DNA of 64,000 nucleotides from Takakia lepidozioides (Eukaryota > Plantae > Bryophyta). Both the position numbers and the translations under genes were made by a program. Every line of letters starts with the position of its first letter. The stretch's first letter is position 1. The notes under the pieces are model-generated. The model was not told where the DNA came from. It ran no database searches and saw nothing but the letters and a program-made list of their open reading frames with translations. Of the stretch, positions 13,187 through 25,286 are shown piece after piece. The stretch spans positions 21,638,001 through 21,702,000 of the forward strand of contig CM060731.1 of NCBI GenBank assembly GCA_030704615.1, read 5' to 3'.

Positions 13187-14720
13187 GTTATAACTTGGTT
13201 GTGGTTTAATCTTCTCCCTTTTCCCCTTGGGGATGTCGTGCTCTTGGTGCCTTTATGAAAGAGGTTATTTTCTCCTGTGACTATAATTAAGGGGCCTAAT
13301 CTGTGACTCAGTGGGTCGCTCCAGGGTATTTCCTTTCTATCAAATTAAAATTAAAAAAAATCATCTTTTATTTCTATTTTTAAAGATTTTTTTATATGAG
13401 TCCTAGTAGCATTAAAGAGCATGCATATATCACAAGCAAAATGGCATATTATCTAAAGAATATGGTATGATAAAATGAGAATTAGCTCACACGAGAAAAT
13501 TTGTGAAACTATAAAAAACGGTAATAATGTGAGCAGAAGTAGAAAATTAGTTTGAAGGCTGCAAGATCAAGGAGTTTGAGTTCTAACTTATTTGCATGAG
13601 ATTCTCCTCCATAAAAACACTAGGAGAAATTTATCCAAGGAAAACTCGACTTACTCAAATAGCCTGAAAATCTCCACAGAAAAAAACCTTCAATGGCTAA
13701 GAAACTTGGGGGGTTTACTCTGTGAAATATATATTTCTTAATGGAAACCTGGGAGCAACCATAGCCCACAATTGAGGAGGGGGAGAAATTAACTCCCTTT
13801 CATTTATGGGCCAGGACACCTATAGGAGGAACAACGCCCAGCCACACATGGGGCAGGGCAGCCGAACCACCAGGGCGTTTCACTCTGCACTTACCAGCTG
13901 AGCTACCAGCTGATGTCCGAAAAGAAATACTTTTGTTCGTGAAAATTTGGAGGATCTTTTATTGCATGGATCAAGAGTTTTGCTAGCAATTTATTTTCAA
14001 TATTATAAAATCATATTGGCATCTTCTATATTTGCTAATAAATCTTATTATAATAATCATACCTTGTTTAATGTCTAGTATGGGTTTGGTGTCCAATTTA
14101 ACTTTTCCCACCCAGCATTGGTGGACAGTGGACTCCTTCTAACGGCAGTAATTAGACATCGTGATTGCCCAACTCTCCTCCAAAGACTGTAAAGTTTGAA
14201 GTATCCACTCATCAGTTGACCTAGTTGTCATTTTCTTTTATAGTTGGGTTGGGCATAATGGGTGACATCCAACATACACATATGTGGTTTTAAGCCACCA
14301 CCTCTTCTAGGTAGTGAGAGAGAGAGAGAGGACTCCAGCCAGCCATTCTTTTAGTGGTAAATAATCGCCAAATTTCGACCTCAAATTATAAAATGGATTA
14401 TATGTCACAAATTCCTCATTTTTTCATGGATGAAATCGCTAAACTTCTCCAAATATAAAACAAGCCTCAAAGGGCAATGGGCTCTCTTGCTTTGGCAAAA
14501 CATAAGAGGAAGGAAATAAGGGAGCACGACTCAGCACAATACACCTATCGGTGCCTTGACATGGTGTAAGGTAGGTCCTTTGACCACATTTTTTCCATTG
14601 ACTTCAACACGACGCGTAGTCTCTCTTTACAAGACAACCAATAAATTATGGATGAATTTACCAAATATGGATGATTTAAATGGATGAAAGTATAGAGAGA
14701 ATGATTCTCCAATGGATGAA

Positions 14721-15007
14721 CAGTGTTTTTTTTTCTGGCGAAAAATCGCCAGATTTCAACCTTGAAAAACAGTCAGCTACTTGTACAAAGGAATTAGGGG
14801 GGTTAACATCTGGGTTTTCGCCAAAAAACATCAGCGGATGAACATCAGGAGCCTCATTCTGCCAACGTGGACCAGTTAAAACGTGCCACCTGGAATATAG
14901 ACACTTTTCTAACCATGTCACCTCGTTATTCTTGCCACATGGGCATTGGGTACGACTCATAGGTGGCCCCACCAGCCATCCTGGAAAAATGGAAAAAAAA
15001 GACACTG
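14721..15007. mobile_element. Small MITE with CAGTGTTTTTTTT...AAAAAAAAGACACTG termini
   Basis: Terminal inverted repeats are visible, and a related inverted fragment lies at about 11090-11190. No clear TSD. Confidence 0.5.
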
Positions 15008-15790
15008 CAACTCGTATTATTGTTCACTTTTCCAAAAAAAATCGTTGATTCCAGCCGAAGCCCCAGTAACTAAGAGTCACTTCGGCTATTAACTGTTGGG
15101 CACCACCAAGGATACCACCAAAGTTTATAGGGCCAACACCTGAAAAGAGGTAGTAGTCGAAAGGTGAAGCGGCTCTTAGTTATATAGGCCTAGGTGACAA
15201 ACGTTTTCTCTCTCTATGTGTAAAGAAAGGTATGACATGAGCAATATCATTAGAGACCCAAGTATCCAACAAATGACCTACTGATTATGACATAAGACCA
15301 CCATACACCATACACCATACATCAAATACGTCTTCAACTGCTTTAATCCTTAAAGGATTGGATGTCCACCTTCCTCATTAATCCAATGCAAAAACAAAAA
15401 ACGGAATTCACCATTGGATCTATGAGATTATAGAGTTTGATCTTGGAACAATGCTGAAAGTAATGGAGCTTGTCTTCCTCAAATTTTGTATGACAAAACA
15501 AATCATGGAATTTTTTTCCAAATGGAAACAAAAACTTAGCACAACAGATTCCAATGCATAATTTAATGAAGCATATCTCTACAATTATAGTACGTGAACG
15601 GAAGCACGTAGTTTCCGCGTTAGCCCGCACTACAAGGCAAACCTCTCAATAGCGCAATTATACCTAACTTCTAAGATACTCTACATACGTTATATTATCA
15701 TAATCTATATATACATACTAAAACGTCTGGGATCATTTGAGATGAAAAGAAGTAGATTTGATGGGACCTCCTTTGTATACAATTGGGGAT

Positions 15791-16782
15791 GGGGGAGGTT
15801 GGGTAGAATATGAGCATGCTCACCGACACAGAGGCATATTCTGCATATTTCCCAAGAATCCGGAGAATATGCGATAGCGAAACCAAAATGTGCTCACGCG
15901 AAAAAAATACGAAACTATCTGAAAACTGTGCTCACGCAACAAAACTTATAATCGTCCAAGGCCTAACTCACGTGAGCACAAAGGCCCACAAATATATCAG
16001 CCAAAACTCTAAGGTAGCAAATGTAAACAATGTGGCATTTGGTAAAAACATTAAAGTTATCCTTCAAGCCATGCCCACTTTGGTCCCCAGTTTGGACCTC
16101 TAACTCGTGTTTCATCCTCAGTTTGAGTGCAAACGTAAAGTCAGCAATATCGGGCACGAGTTTGCCAAACTGGGCATGAGTTTATCAAATTGGCATCCTA
16201 CTCCTTGACATGATCTCGCAACTTTCTGCTCACAGGTCGCTCGGCGTCACGGGGCGTGCAGACAAAACCCAACCTGGGTATGAAACTAATTTGACCCCCA
16301 GTTTTGGTGAGAAAACTAGTTTCATCCCGTGTTTTTTTCCTCTGTATGAGTTTCATCCCCAGTTTCTTAACTTGTCCCCATTTTGGCCAAACTCAGGGTA
16401 CTCGTCCCCAGTTTTTGGCACTTTACGAAGAACTTCATTGTGTGTAGAACATATATCCCCAAGAACTACCCAAAAAATTGGTTTTGCCAACGAAATGCAA
16501 ACGCATCTTGGGTTTTCGTTAGCAAAACTTGGGTTTCGTCGGTGAAATTGGGGTTTAGTTTAGTTTAGTTTTTAGCTTTTAGGTTTTTTTTTTCCCCCTT
16601 TCAAGCTCCTTATGTATGCTTAAGATTATATTTAGACACTATGTAGACCATATTACTAAACACATAAAGACCCTATGTCCGTCTACTCTATATATATTTC
16701 CGTTGGCATACATAACACCCCCATAACCGCGGATCGTGCTCACGCGGCGCTTTTTTCGTGCTCATGCCATACCAATCCCCCC
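15791..16782. mobile_element. Putative non-autonomous TIR element
   Basis: Imperfect TIRs GGGGGAGGTTGGGTAGAATATGAGCATG and (reverse complement) GGGGGATTGGTATGGCATGAGCACG, with several internal GTGCTCACGC motifs. Confidence 0.4.
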
Positions 16783-18146
16783 ATGGGGTAGGTGAGCTAT
16801 GAACCATTTTACTGGCTATTCATATTTTGCCATGCAATAGCCACTTCTGCTAAAAGCAGAAAGCGATGCCCAACTATGGCACAATTGTCAAACTTTCCCA
16901 CAACCTCTCTATAAACTTTCATAAATCAGAAAAATATCTAGCATACATTTTTTTTGACTAAATTCCAGCTGTAATGATTTGGGGATTTGTGCTTTTCAAG
17001 TTGTGGCCGGAATGGGCCGATGCTATTGCAAGATAAATAGTGAAAATCAATTGCCACATTGCCATATTAGTGGGAGGTCAGAATAGATAGACAAGCCTCT
17101 TTATGCGCCATGAGCACCTCCCCAACTTCCTTAAAAGGGTCATGTGAATGGTGCTTTGATCTCATCATCTCACATACAGGCACTATGGCAGGCCCAGGAG
17201 GAAATCAAGAGAAGCTACACACAACCTAATTTGTGGGGCCCTATTTGGTAGCCCCCTACAGCAACACGTTGAGGCCCAGAATGGGTCGCGTGGTCCTTTA
17301 GGGGTTAAAGGCAATAGTCTCACTGCCCAGTAGATCTCTTGTAGCTATCAATACTGATAAACGCAAACTCGAAAACAACCAACCCCCTATGTTATTCTTT
17401 ATCTTCCATAGAGCACACCTGTTGGTTGTTTTCTAGTTTGAACTTATTGGTGACAATGGCCGTGAAAAAGTGAATTGTTGTGAGGTGTATATTTTTTAAG
17501 GCGCATGTAGTGATTGATAGTGATAGATTTAATGGTATACGCGTGGATGCCTCCTCGATGACGACAAGGGGCGCAGCGTGTCATTTTGTTTTGTCTAATG
17601 ACTTGGACAAGGGGAGCGTATTTTTCGTGTTTTATTCTAAGGGCTTTCCAAGTAGACTTGGTCCATATTGTAAAGCCAAGATGACGAAGAAAACGCCCTC
17701 AACCAATAGGTCATTGACGGAAGGTATGTGTTGAAGTCTACATGGATTGGGGGTGGTTGGGCGTCGGTGGGAATGTTTGTTACCAAGATTATACATAAAA
17801 CAAACTTTACTTTACTTGCATAGGAAGAGTATGGTAGGTCAACAACATGGGGCTCACATGCAAGTGCATGGTAAGAGCTAGGGTGGCATGGTATGGTGCA
17901 ATATTAGGTGGCTAACAGTCGTTTATTATAACCACCAATTTCGGATACTACGAAATTTGTAAATCGTATACATGCCAGTTTTGGTTATTAAACAAGTTCC
18001 AAGATTCTAATACCTATTGGTTATCAATCTTGTGAAACAGTTTCCAGTCACAAGTTAGTATCAGTAGCTCCAGTTATTGTATGTAGTGACAATATCCTGT
18101 ATAGAGCCCACCCCCAGAGAAGGCACTATCCATGTGGGGAAGAGAC

Positions 18147-18470
18147 TAGTGTTGGGCGGTTCATTTGTGAAGGAGGCTTTGGTTCCGGTTCTACAATATT
18201 TCAAGAGGCGGTTTCCGGATCAGTTTCGGTTATAGTTTAATGAGGCGGTTAGGGCCCGGTTCGGTTTCAACTTTTAAACATGGGGCCGCTTTTGGTGTTG
18301 AAAAAAAGGGACCTGTTCTCCGTTCGGTTCCCGTTATTTACTTAGATATAATAATTGACTTTAACATTTTTAAAATTGTTCCGTCAGTCTGGAGTATAAT
18401 TAAAAATTGAACTCCAAAATATGCAGAACTAACTTACTTAAGGATTTTGTTTAGTTTTCCTTAAAACAGT
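18147..18470. mobile_element. Truncated second copy of the AACCGG-repeat hAT-like MITE, inverted relative to 12303-13186
   Basis: Begins TAGTGTTGGGCGGTT and matches the reverse complement of about 12850-13186. Confidence 0.7.
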
Positions 18471-18479
18471 GGCTTTGGA

Positions 18480-19190
18480 AATTTGGAACTAAACTCCCCA
18501 ACGCTTCTTCGCATACACTGCAAAGAAGGCTTACCGGGCGCTTAACATAGCTACCCCTCTCTATGCTAAATGGAACGCTAGATGGGGGCATGCCTTATGC
18601 TGGAAAACTGGAACTGCATTTGGAGATTGGTCTGGGACAATACCAAACCAGCAAAACTAAGTGCTTTTCTCTGGCAGATTGCCAACCGGGTATTGAAAGT
18701 GGGCCAGTTTTTGGGCTTCCAGGAGGCTCTCTTATGCAGATGCTGCTCAATAGATATCATAGAAAGCTTGGAGCACTGCCTTCTCTACTGCCTGGCCCCT
18801 ATGGCAGTCTGGCACCTTGTTCTGGCATTCTATCATCCCTGGGAACTCCCTCTCCGGGGCCCATTGCCCTGCTCCTCAATTACAGTCAGAATGACAAATT
18901 AAAGCCTGTGACTGTCCAGTTTTTGAAACTCTTAGAACGGCTACCCTATGGCACTTGTGGAAAGCCAGATGCAAATGGTCTTTGGACTCTCACAATACCT
19001 CAGCCACTGCAATCCTTACTCAGGTTTTCTTTGACCGGACAATTGCTGCCAAACATGCTTGGGAAGGGCAATAACAGAAAAAGGTCCACAAACTGGTACG
19101 TTCTTGACATCAATTGCGGCGTAGAACATGGGAAGAGAATGCGCAAGAGCACGAGTGTATCCAGCTTCAGTGAACCTTTATTACTATAAT
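18480..19190 (+). mobile_element. L1-type LINE ORF2 3-prime fragment (zf-RVT region), degenerate
   Basis: IWRLVWDNTKPAKLSAFLWQIANRVLKVG...CRCCSIDIIESLEHCLLYC matches the zf-RVT signature (W..K...FLW.....L; CxxC..E...H....C). Confidence 0.8.
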
Positions 19191-19197
19191 TTGGCTG

Positions 19198-20373
19198 TTA
19201 TCTGATAATATATGGACAAAGAGAGGGTCGAAAATGCTCCTCAAGAGACACCACACATACTATTGTCACAAAGTAGATACAAATGTCAGCAACGAGACCT
19301 TTGCTGGCTTTAGTGAACAGCAGACCAATGTTCAAAGCACCCTCCAGCCCCAAACCCATTGCTGAAAGCCGGACAAGTTGTGGATCTTGAAGCACTGCCA
19401 AGCCTCCTCGATCAACAGCCTTCTTCTCTGGGATGCAGGGAACTTTCACGAACCCTACTAGAAGTGCCCCAATCACCACAGTCATGTCAGTGGTGATTAA
19501 TATAGAGACTGGCCACCTCGGGATGTAGTTCATACTTCCAAATCCCCACGGCTGCTTGCATTGCAAATATGTCCAATGAATAGCCAGTAACACTGCAAGA
19601 AAGATCACAAGAAGAGCGCGAATTGATGTAGTGTGGTCAACCGTTTTACTCAAGGCAGCAAAAGAGAGATTTGGCCAGGTGTTAGACGAGTTGGTAGTTT
19701 TACCAGTCGTTGGTGTAGCACATTCTTTCTGTTGTTGCAAAGTTGAGAGTTCAGGTGTGGAGATTGATGCCAATGGTGGTGATGGTGTGGTTTCAACTTG
19801 TGTGGCATCGACAGATTGCAGCTCAGCTTTGAAACTGGTCAGTCTTTGAGAGATGCCAGTTGTGTCAAATGAGGGGCTTGGCGTGACTGCAGGATCTGCA
19901 GTTATCAACACATTCAGTTTATGAGGAATTGAGAAATAGCTCATTTTGAAGCCCAACAAATTCCACACTCAGACAAGACGAAGTCTGACAATTGACCCAA
20001 GAAATGAGGTAATCACAAGAAAAGAACTTTGATGCGACCCCAGAAAACCCTTGAACAATGTACCCTAATTTCATGAAAGAATGCGCACCTGTAGGGACAT
20101 GCTCCGAGGGCGAGGCCGGAAGCTCCCCTGGATTCGACAGGGACTTGAGACCCGTCTCTCCGGGGTTGGAAGCTCCATCTGGAGCACATGAAGTGGTGGG
20201 CGGAGGCAACGTCTTGACCTCGCCGGTGATGTAGGCCAATCGCTCCCGGCCCCGTTCCAAGATCTTGCGCCTGCGCGCAATTCCTTCTGACTCGTGCTGC
20301 TGCTGCTCTTGCTGCCGTTGCCAGCACCGCCTGCTCTACTGGATGCGCTCTGATCGAGCACCGCCTCCTCCAT
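19198..20373 (-). CDS. GET2: GET2/CAML-like tail-anchored protein insertase receptor; exons 20373-20089 and 19895-19198; apparent frameshift near 20275
   Basis: N-terminal ARRRKILERGRERLAYITG is the Get2/CAML Get3-binding motif. Three C-terminal hydrophobic segments include RWPVSILITTDMTVVIG and ADICIYFVTIVC. The GT-AG intron is in phase (G|AT = D). Confidence 0.85.
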
Positions 20374-20559
20374 TGCTCCTGCAGCGATGGTGAGTACGAA
20401 ACCCTAATAAGTTTCCACAGTGCAGTTGTTGTCTGTACATTTTTTATCTAGTCTGGAATAGACAGATCCTTTCTTGACAAGCCCTATCTCTTTCTTTTTT
20501 TTTATTGGAAGCAAGATCCCTGTTATATAGGCTAAGTCCGGACGGTGAAGGGTAGAGGA

Positions 20560-21160
20560 AATTTTCAAATACCTGAATATTAGGCAGGAATAACTGTCCC
20601 TGCTAGAAATTCGGAAGCATGAAGAATTTCCGAATAGAGTGAAGTTAGGTATAAAACTTCCCAGAACTTGTTTCAGATATGGGTGAGGGATCTTAAGGAC
20701 GACCTGAAGGGCCTACCTACCCTCATCACTAGACTGAAAATTTTACCTCACTTGAACAGAAAACAGATGTAGAGAGGAAAGGGATATTGTCAAAGCCCAA
20801 TGTGTGGCCGGCAGACAATATCCATTTTTTTATGTCCAGGGTATTCTCATCAGGGAGCAACCCTCTTAAGGACGATCAAATACATAGTCACTGCACCTTT
20901 GTTCACCAACTTGAAAAATCTTGAGGCTGAGCCTGAAGCACTGACCCTCTTGGGGTCTAACTGCTGGACAGATTACAGACAGCAGATTGATGCTTTTGTG
21001 TAGGGATTTCTAGGGGAAATCTGGAAAGCCTGAACAAATTGTTCGTATCAATGTAAATCCCACTACACAAAGGCAGAGTCTGTTCCCTCTTGTTATGCCC
21101 AAACTGGAGTGGGGTCTATGGCCACAAGGCCAAGGCAACTCTTTCCTTGAATGTGTCTTA
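20560..21160 (+). mobile_element. 5-prime-truncated LINE 3-prime end (same family as 53975-55110)
   Basis: Degenerate translation ...LFTNLKNLEAEPEALTLLG...QIDAFV*GFLGEIWKA; matches the reverse complement of 54340-54830. Confidence 0.65.
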
Positions 21161-21489
21161 AGTCCTAACAACACAAGGAAACCTTTTCTCTGCTACCTGC
21201 CTATCTAGTGTGCATCTGATTGCCTGCTTAGAACACCCTACATCTAAAGGATATGACAAATGTATGCAGGCAGATTTGGGTAGAGGCAGTTTGATGGTGC
21301 CTAAATCAAGCTGTATGATCAAGCCCTCTTTGAGTCTCCCTCCCACGCATAGAAATCCAAAGCTGAAACTCCTAGCAGGGGTAACACTATAGGTAACAGC
21401 AAAAACATCAAGTTCATCATCTTGTTTCTGTCACAAAGAGATTCACATGTGTCTGATATGACCATGTGCAAGACAAGCAAGCTAGAGTT

Positions 21490-22308
21490 ACCAAACCTGC
21501 TTTGGGGCTCTTGGTTTGGGTCTTGGATTTCTCCCACTAAGTCATGGTTTTGTGAGGCTGATCTCTGCTGTTGGAACCTTCTGCTCTCTTCCTCCACCTG
21601 GAATCAGAGTGTACAGGATTTAAAACCAGCATGTATGCGGTCTCCCTAACATCATTGCAGGACATCATCAACAACTGTCGATGGCGATGTAAAAACAGTG
21701 AAAGTACCTTGTTGAGATGGTCATAATTGAATGAGTCGTAGGCAAATTAGCCAAGTGGCCCACCAATTGCTCCTTTGCTTCTGCACCCGTATTGCTTTGT
21801 GAGTCAAGCTGATATACTACAAGCCTTATTTTACAAGATATTGCATGTCGAACTGAAAGTAGCGCAAGTTATCCCACTCACTCTTAAAGTTAAAGTTGTA
21901 TTAGGGTTTCCAGAACTCAGACCGCATCTCGTAATACAGTTTAAGACCCCACCACCTTTGCTGCCCGATTCTGCACGCACAGACCTACACCTAGCTTGAC
22001 CACGCCAAGCTCTACGAACTACCATGTAACTTCTGAAGAGCAAAACAACGATCCTATCACCAACAAGAGAAGGACTGAACTTTTTCCGGTCTTATGGAAG
22101 CAATATACCCTCTCTGACGGTTTCTCGAAACTCTGTCACCAAATCTTGCATACACCCATACTCACCCACCAATCAATGACACTGAACAATTTGAACAAAT
22201 TGAATACGGTGCCACAAATTGCACGCAAAAGAAAGAGTGAGAGAGACCTGGAGATACTGATCGCGAGAAGTGCCGTATTTGCCTGTGCCTTTTCTCGCCA
22301 CTAAACAT
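21490..22308 (-). pseudogene. ARMC7: ARMC7 (armadillo repeat-containing 7) pseudogene with exons out of order
   Basis: Pieces MFSGEKR/TGKYGTSRDQYLQ (22308-22247), DLVTEFRETVRE (22145-22108), GGVLNCITRCGLSSGNPNT (about 21955-21897) and EAKEQLVGHLAN/YDSFNYDHLNK (21780-21708) resemble ARMC7 (RTGRYGTPRLQYLQELV..F...E.KE...ANLANFAYDP.NY). Frameshifts and a mutated splice acceptor are present. Confidence 0.7.
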
Positions 22309-22402
22309 GTCTAGCTTGCACACACGCACACGATCTGCTCCTCTGCCCACATGCAACAGGATAGTGGCACCTTCGAAAGCTTCAACTCTGCAGGACCCAA
22401 AC

Positions 22403-23655
22403 ACCGGGAGATATTATAAATCATGAAACAGGCCCTCGAGTATGCCAGAATGGGCAGAATTCTTGCTTTGCGTTTAGTCACCAGTTGTTGCTAAAGACGT
22501 TTTCTCTCAAATATAGTTCTCCTCCTGACTGTCTATTTTCTAACATTTGGAGAGACTTTCCTTGTGTGATTTCGAGCATGGAATGGATTCTGCAATTTCG
22601 AGCATTTGATTGATTACATGTTTATACTGTCCATCAGCAAGCACGTTCAGGGAGTAAGTGTTGCGTTAGCATATGGGTCATGAATCTCCAACCATAGAAA
22701 TTCCAACGGTCAAGCAAAGTGATATCTATAGCCCTATCTCAAATTGAAGATCTCTCCGATCCGTAACCCCCTTTTCCAAAAGTAAGTAAAAATAAATGCA
22801 TGGAATTCATGCAAGCCCTACCGTATGTATATATATATATATGACGCCTCCCGAAGGAAGCGTAACTTATGGAGTCACTTCACCCCGAAGGGCTACTGCC
22901 TTCCGCTAGGAAGGTGGACACCTTCATGACACACCAGACTGTGGTTTGAACCCACAACCACATCCAACGTGGTATGTGCCCATTACCACTGGGCTACATG
23001 CTGGTTGTCGGCCCTGCCGTATAGTAATTATGAGTAGGTAGTAAAAATCTGGAAGATCACATAATTAGTCTAAATATCAAGGCCCGCACGGTAATATCCA
23101 ATGGACTTTCATTTATGGCATGCACAAGAAGTTGAATGGATGCCATTCATTAAAAGATAAAATATTCTCTTGACAACTGTCTCGATCGAATTGGAAGTCT
23201 AATCAAAAGTATCGGTGCTAAAGCAGTTGAACCCCATTGCGTAGTCCTGCCTTCCTAAGGCAAGGCCAATAAAAGTATTCGCTTAAAAAGTAAACCTAAA
23301 AAAAGAAGAAAGTAGAAACTACGCTTTTAGCCTGGACTATATAATGATAAGCGCGCTTGACTTTAAGAACGGTTACTTGCCTACAATTACATACTCTGAT
23401 CACTTGCTAGACTGTCGGCTGATCTTCGCTTTCGTACTCTTACAGACTGTCTGATCTTCACTTGCGTACTAGTGTTTGATCTTCACTTATAGACTGTTTG
23501 ATCTTCACTGAAGTCCTATAGACTGTCTGATTTTCACCAGTTGCTCCACACGATGTGGGCATCCTGTTTCTCACACCCACAGGCGGTGCCAAGAGACTGT
23601 TTCACTACTGTTTCATACCCGCCCGGGGTCAACTCTATGAAGTAGCGAAGCCTGA
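22403..23655 (+). repeat. Segmental duplicate of 51101-51812 (GTPase-gene 3-prime end, promoter, tandem repeats and start of the SAUR gene)
   Basis: Shared colinear blocks: ACCGGGAGATATTATA.ATCATGAAACAGGCCC, GCGTTAGCATATGGGTCAT, CTCCGATCCGTAACCCCC, GGACTATATAA, (GACTGTCTGATCTTCACTT)n and GGGGTCAACTCTATGAAG. Confidence 0.85.
22827..23010 (-). mobile_element. Full-length tRNA-derived SINE (about 185 bp) with (TA)n tail and TSD
   Basis: On the minus strand: A box TAGCCCAGTGG, B box GGTTCAAACC and a (TA)n tail. Flanked by GCCCTACCGTAT (22815-22826) and GCCCTGCCGTAT (23011-23022). Absent from the paralogous segment near 51.35 kb. Confidence 0.88.
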
Positions 23656-24404
23656 TCAAAATGGAGAGAGTAGATTTTGTCAAATGGAGAGAGTAGAAGT
23701 GAAAGACATGAACATCGGACTTGAGCAACTGTTCAAATAACATTCACAAACGGTGACGGGAATGTGTCTGGACATTATTCGATTGCACATCTGTGTTTCC
23801 CCCATGACTATCTTCAAGGATTCTCTTCTGCTCCAGCGTTCTCTGAAGTCCGTTTAAAAGATGGGAAAAGTGTCCCCCTGGGTTAATTGGAGTTCGCTGT
23901 CAAAAGATCTCCGGAGGGAAAGAGCTGAGATTCTTGAGAAGCATGCTAACAAAAGGCTAAGGGAGAAGGCTCTTAAGTAACGAGATCAATGGGTGCTCAG
24001 AAGGTTCGGCAATCCTTCCACCGGATCAACTCCTGGCCCCTTCTTGTAATGGGCCTCCAGCAGCATGCATGGCAAAAATTAGTTCGTTTATATCAATTCT
24101 GACTTTCAAGTTATTTGGAAACGAATTTGGGGCGCCCGTGGTAACAAGGGCCACCTTCTTCTGTTACAGAAGCTCAGGGTATGGCGAGCTGCTCGCTGCT
24201 TGGCAATTCAGCTCGCCACCTTCGTTTGCTTCTCGGTCTCGTAGCCGTGGGCTGGATGGGGAAGCCAGACCTGTAGACCACCGTTAATCTCTAGTAAACT
24301 TTCACCCCGGCAAGTCACAAATCTCGAAGGCCCCGCTACTGAATTGAGATCTAACAATGATGCAATGGCGTGAGCGTTGCACGTGAGCGCGCGAGCGTAC
24401 GCTC

Positions 24405-24680
24405 ACACGCGCCGCACTGCATTGAAATTTGCCTGTGCACTATCAGCCATGAAGCCCGCAAAATTTATGTTCTGTATTCCATTGCGCTGCATGACGGCCA
24501 GGAGCGAATTCCACATGAGCATCTGGGATTCAGTGTCCTCCGACTGCATATCACAAATTGCTATTGAGAGCACACGCTGGTACGCTGGATCATACACATG
24601 GCACGCCATGGTTGTCCAACCCTTCACCCATTTGCAGTGATCAAACATCAACCAACATTTAGCCAAATCTCCTCCAGGTT
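24405..24680 (-). pseudogene. Captured fragment of a sister-family MULE transposase (DDE core) between outer and inner copies of the left TIR
   Basis: Translates GDLAKCWLMFDHCKWVKGWTTMACHVYDPAYQRVLSIAICDMQSEDTESQ...FAGFMADSAQANFNAVR, colinear with but diverged from the element's own 27100-27365. Confidence 0.9.
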
Positions 24681-25286
24681 CAACAACGCAATGGCGTGAG
24701 CGTTGCGCGTGTACGCTCACGCCAGCTGACGTGGCGTGAGCCTGCACACACGCTGACGTGGCGTGAGCGTCATGTCAGCATGCTGATGTGGCGGTAAATG
24801 ATGACGTGGCACTGTCCGTCAACTGCCACGTCAGCATTAACATGCGCCGCCTATAACCGTGGATGGTCCTATGACCGTGGAATTAATGCAGGGAATCTTG
24901 CCTGAATAGAATCAAGACGAGCGTTGAGGCCTACAATTGCAGCATCCAACATTGTGCAATTACAAATGTTTGTTTCACTTTTACAATTACGAAGACGACA
25001 AAATATCCTCACAAAGTGTGCGCCATAAAGGCTGCCACGAGAAGACTTCCTCCCTCCTCAAATAACAATGAGAGTTATGATCATCTTCAAAAGATGATTG
25101 TAGTGCATAGCGACAGCAAGACATATAGACTTCGAACGGTGCAATGACAAATGTGCACTACCTAAAAGTTGTCACTCAGACCTCACTCCGTATAGTTGGA
25201 GGCCATATCATTGCACAGCCGACGAATTGATGTGAATTACACATTTCAAATCATGGTCATCCACATACCACATTACATAGTTCATG

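Noticed and set aside
18563-19189. 208-aa ORF as a host gene
   Set aside because: It is an alternative frame over the LINE zf-RVT remnant.
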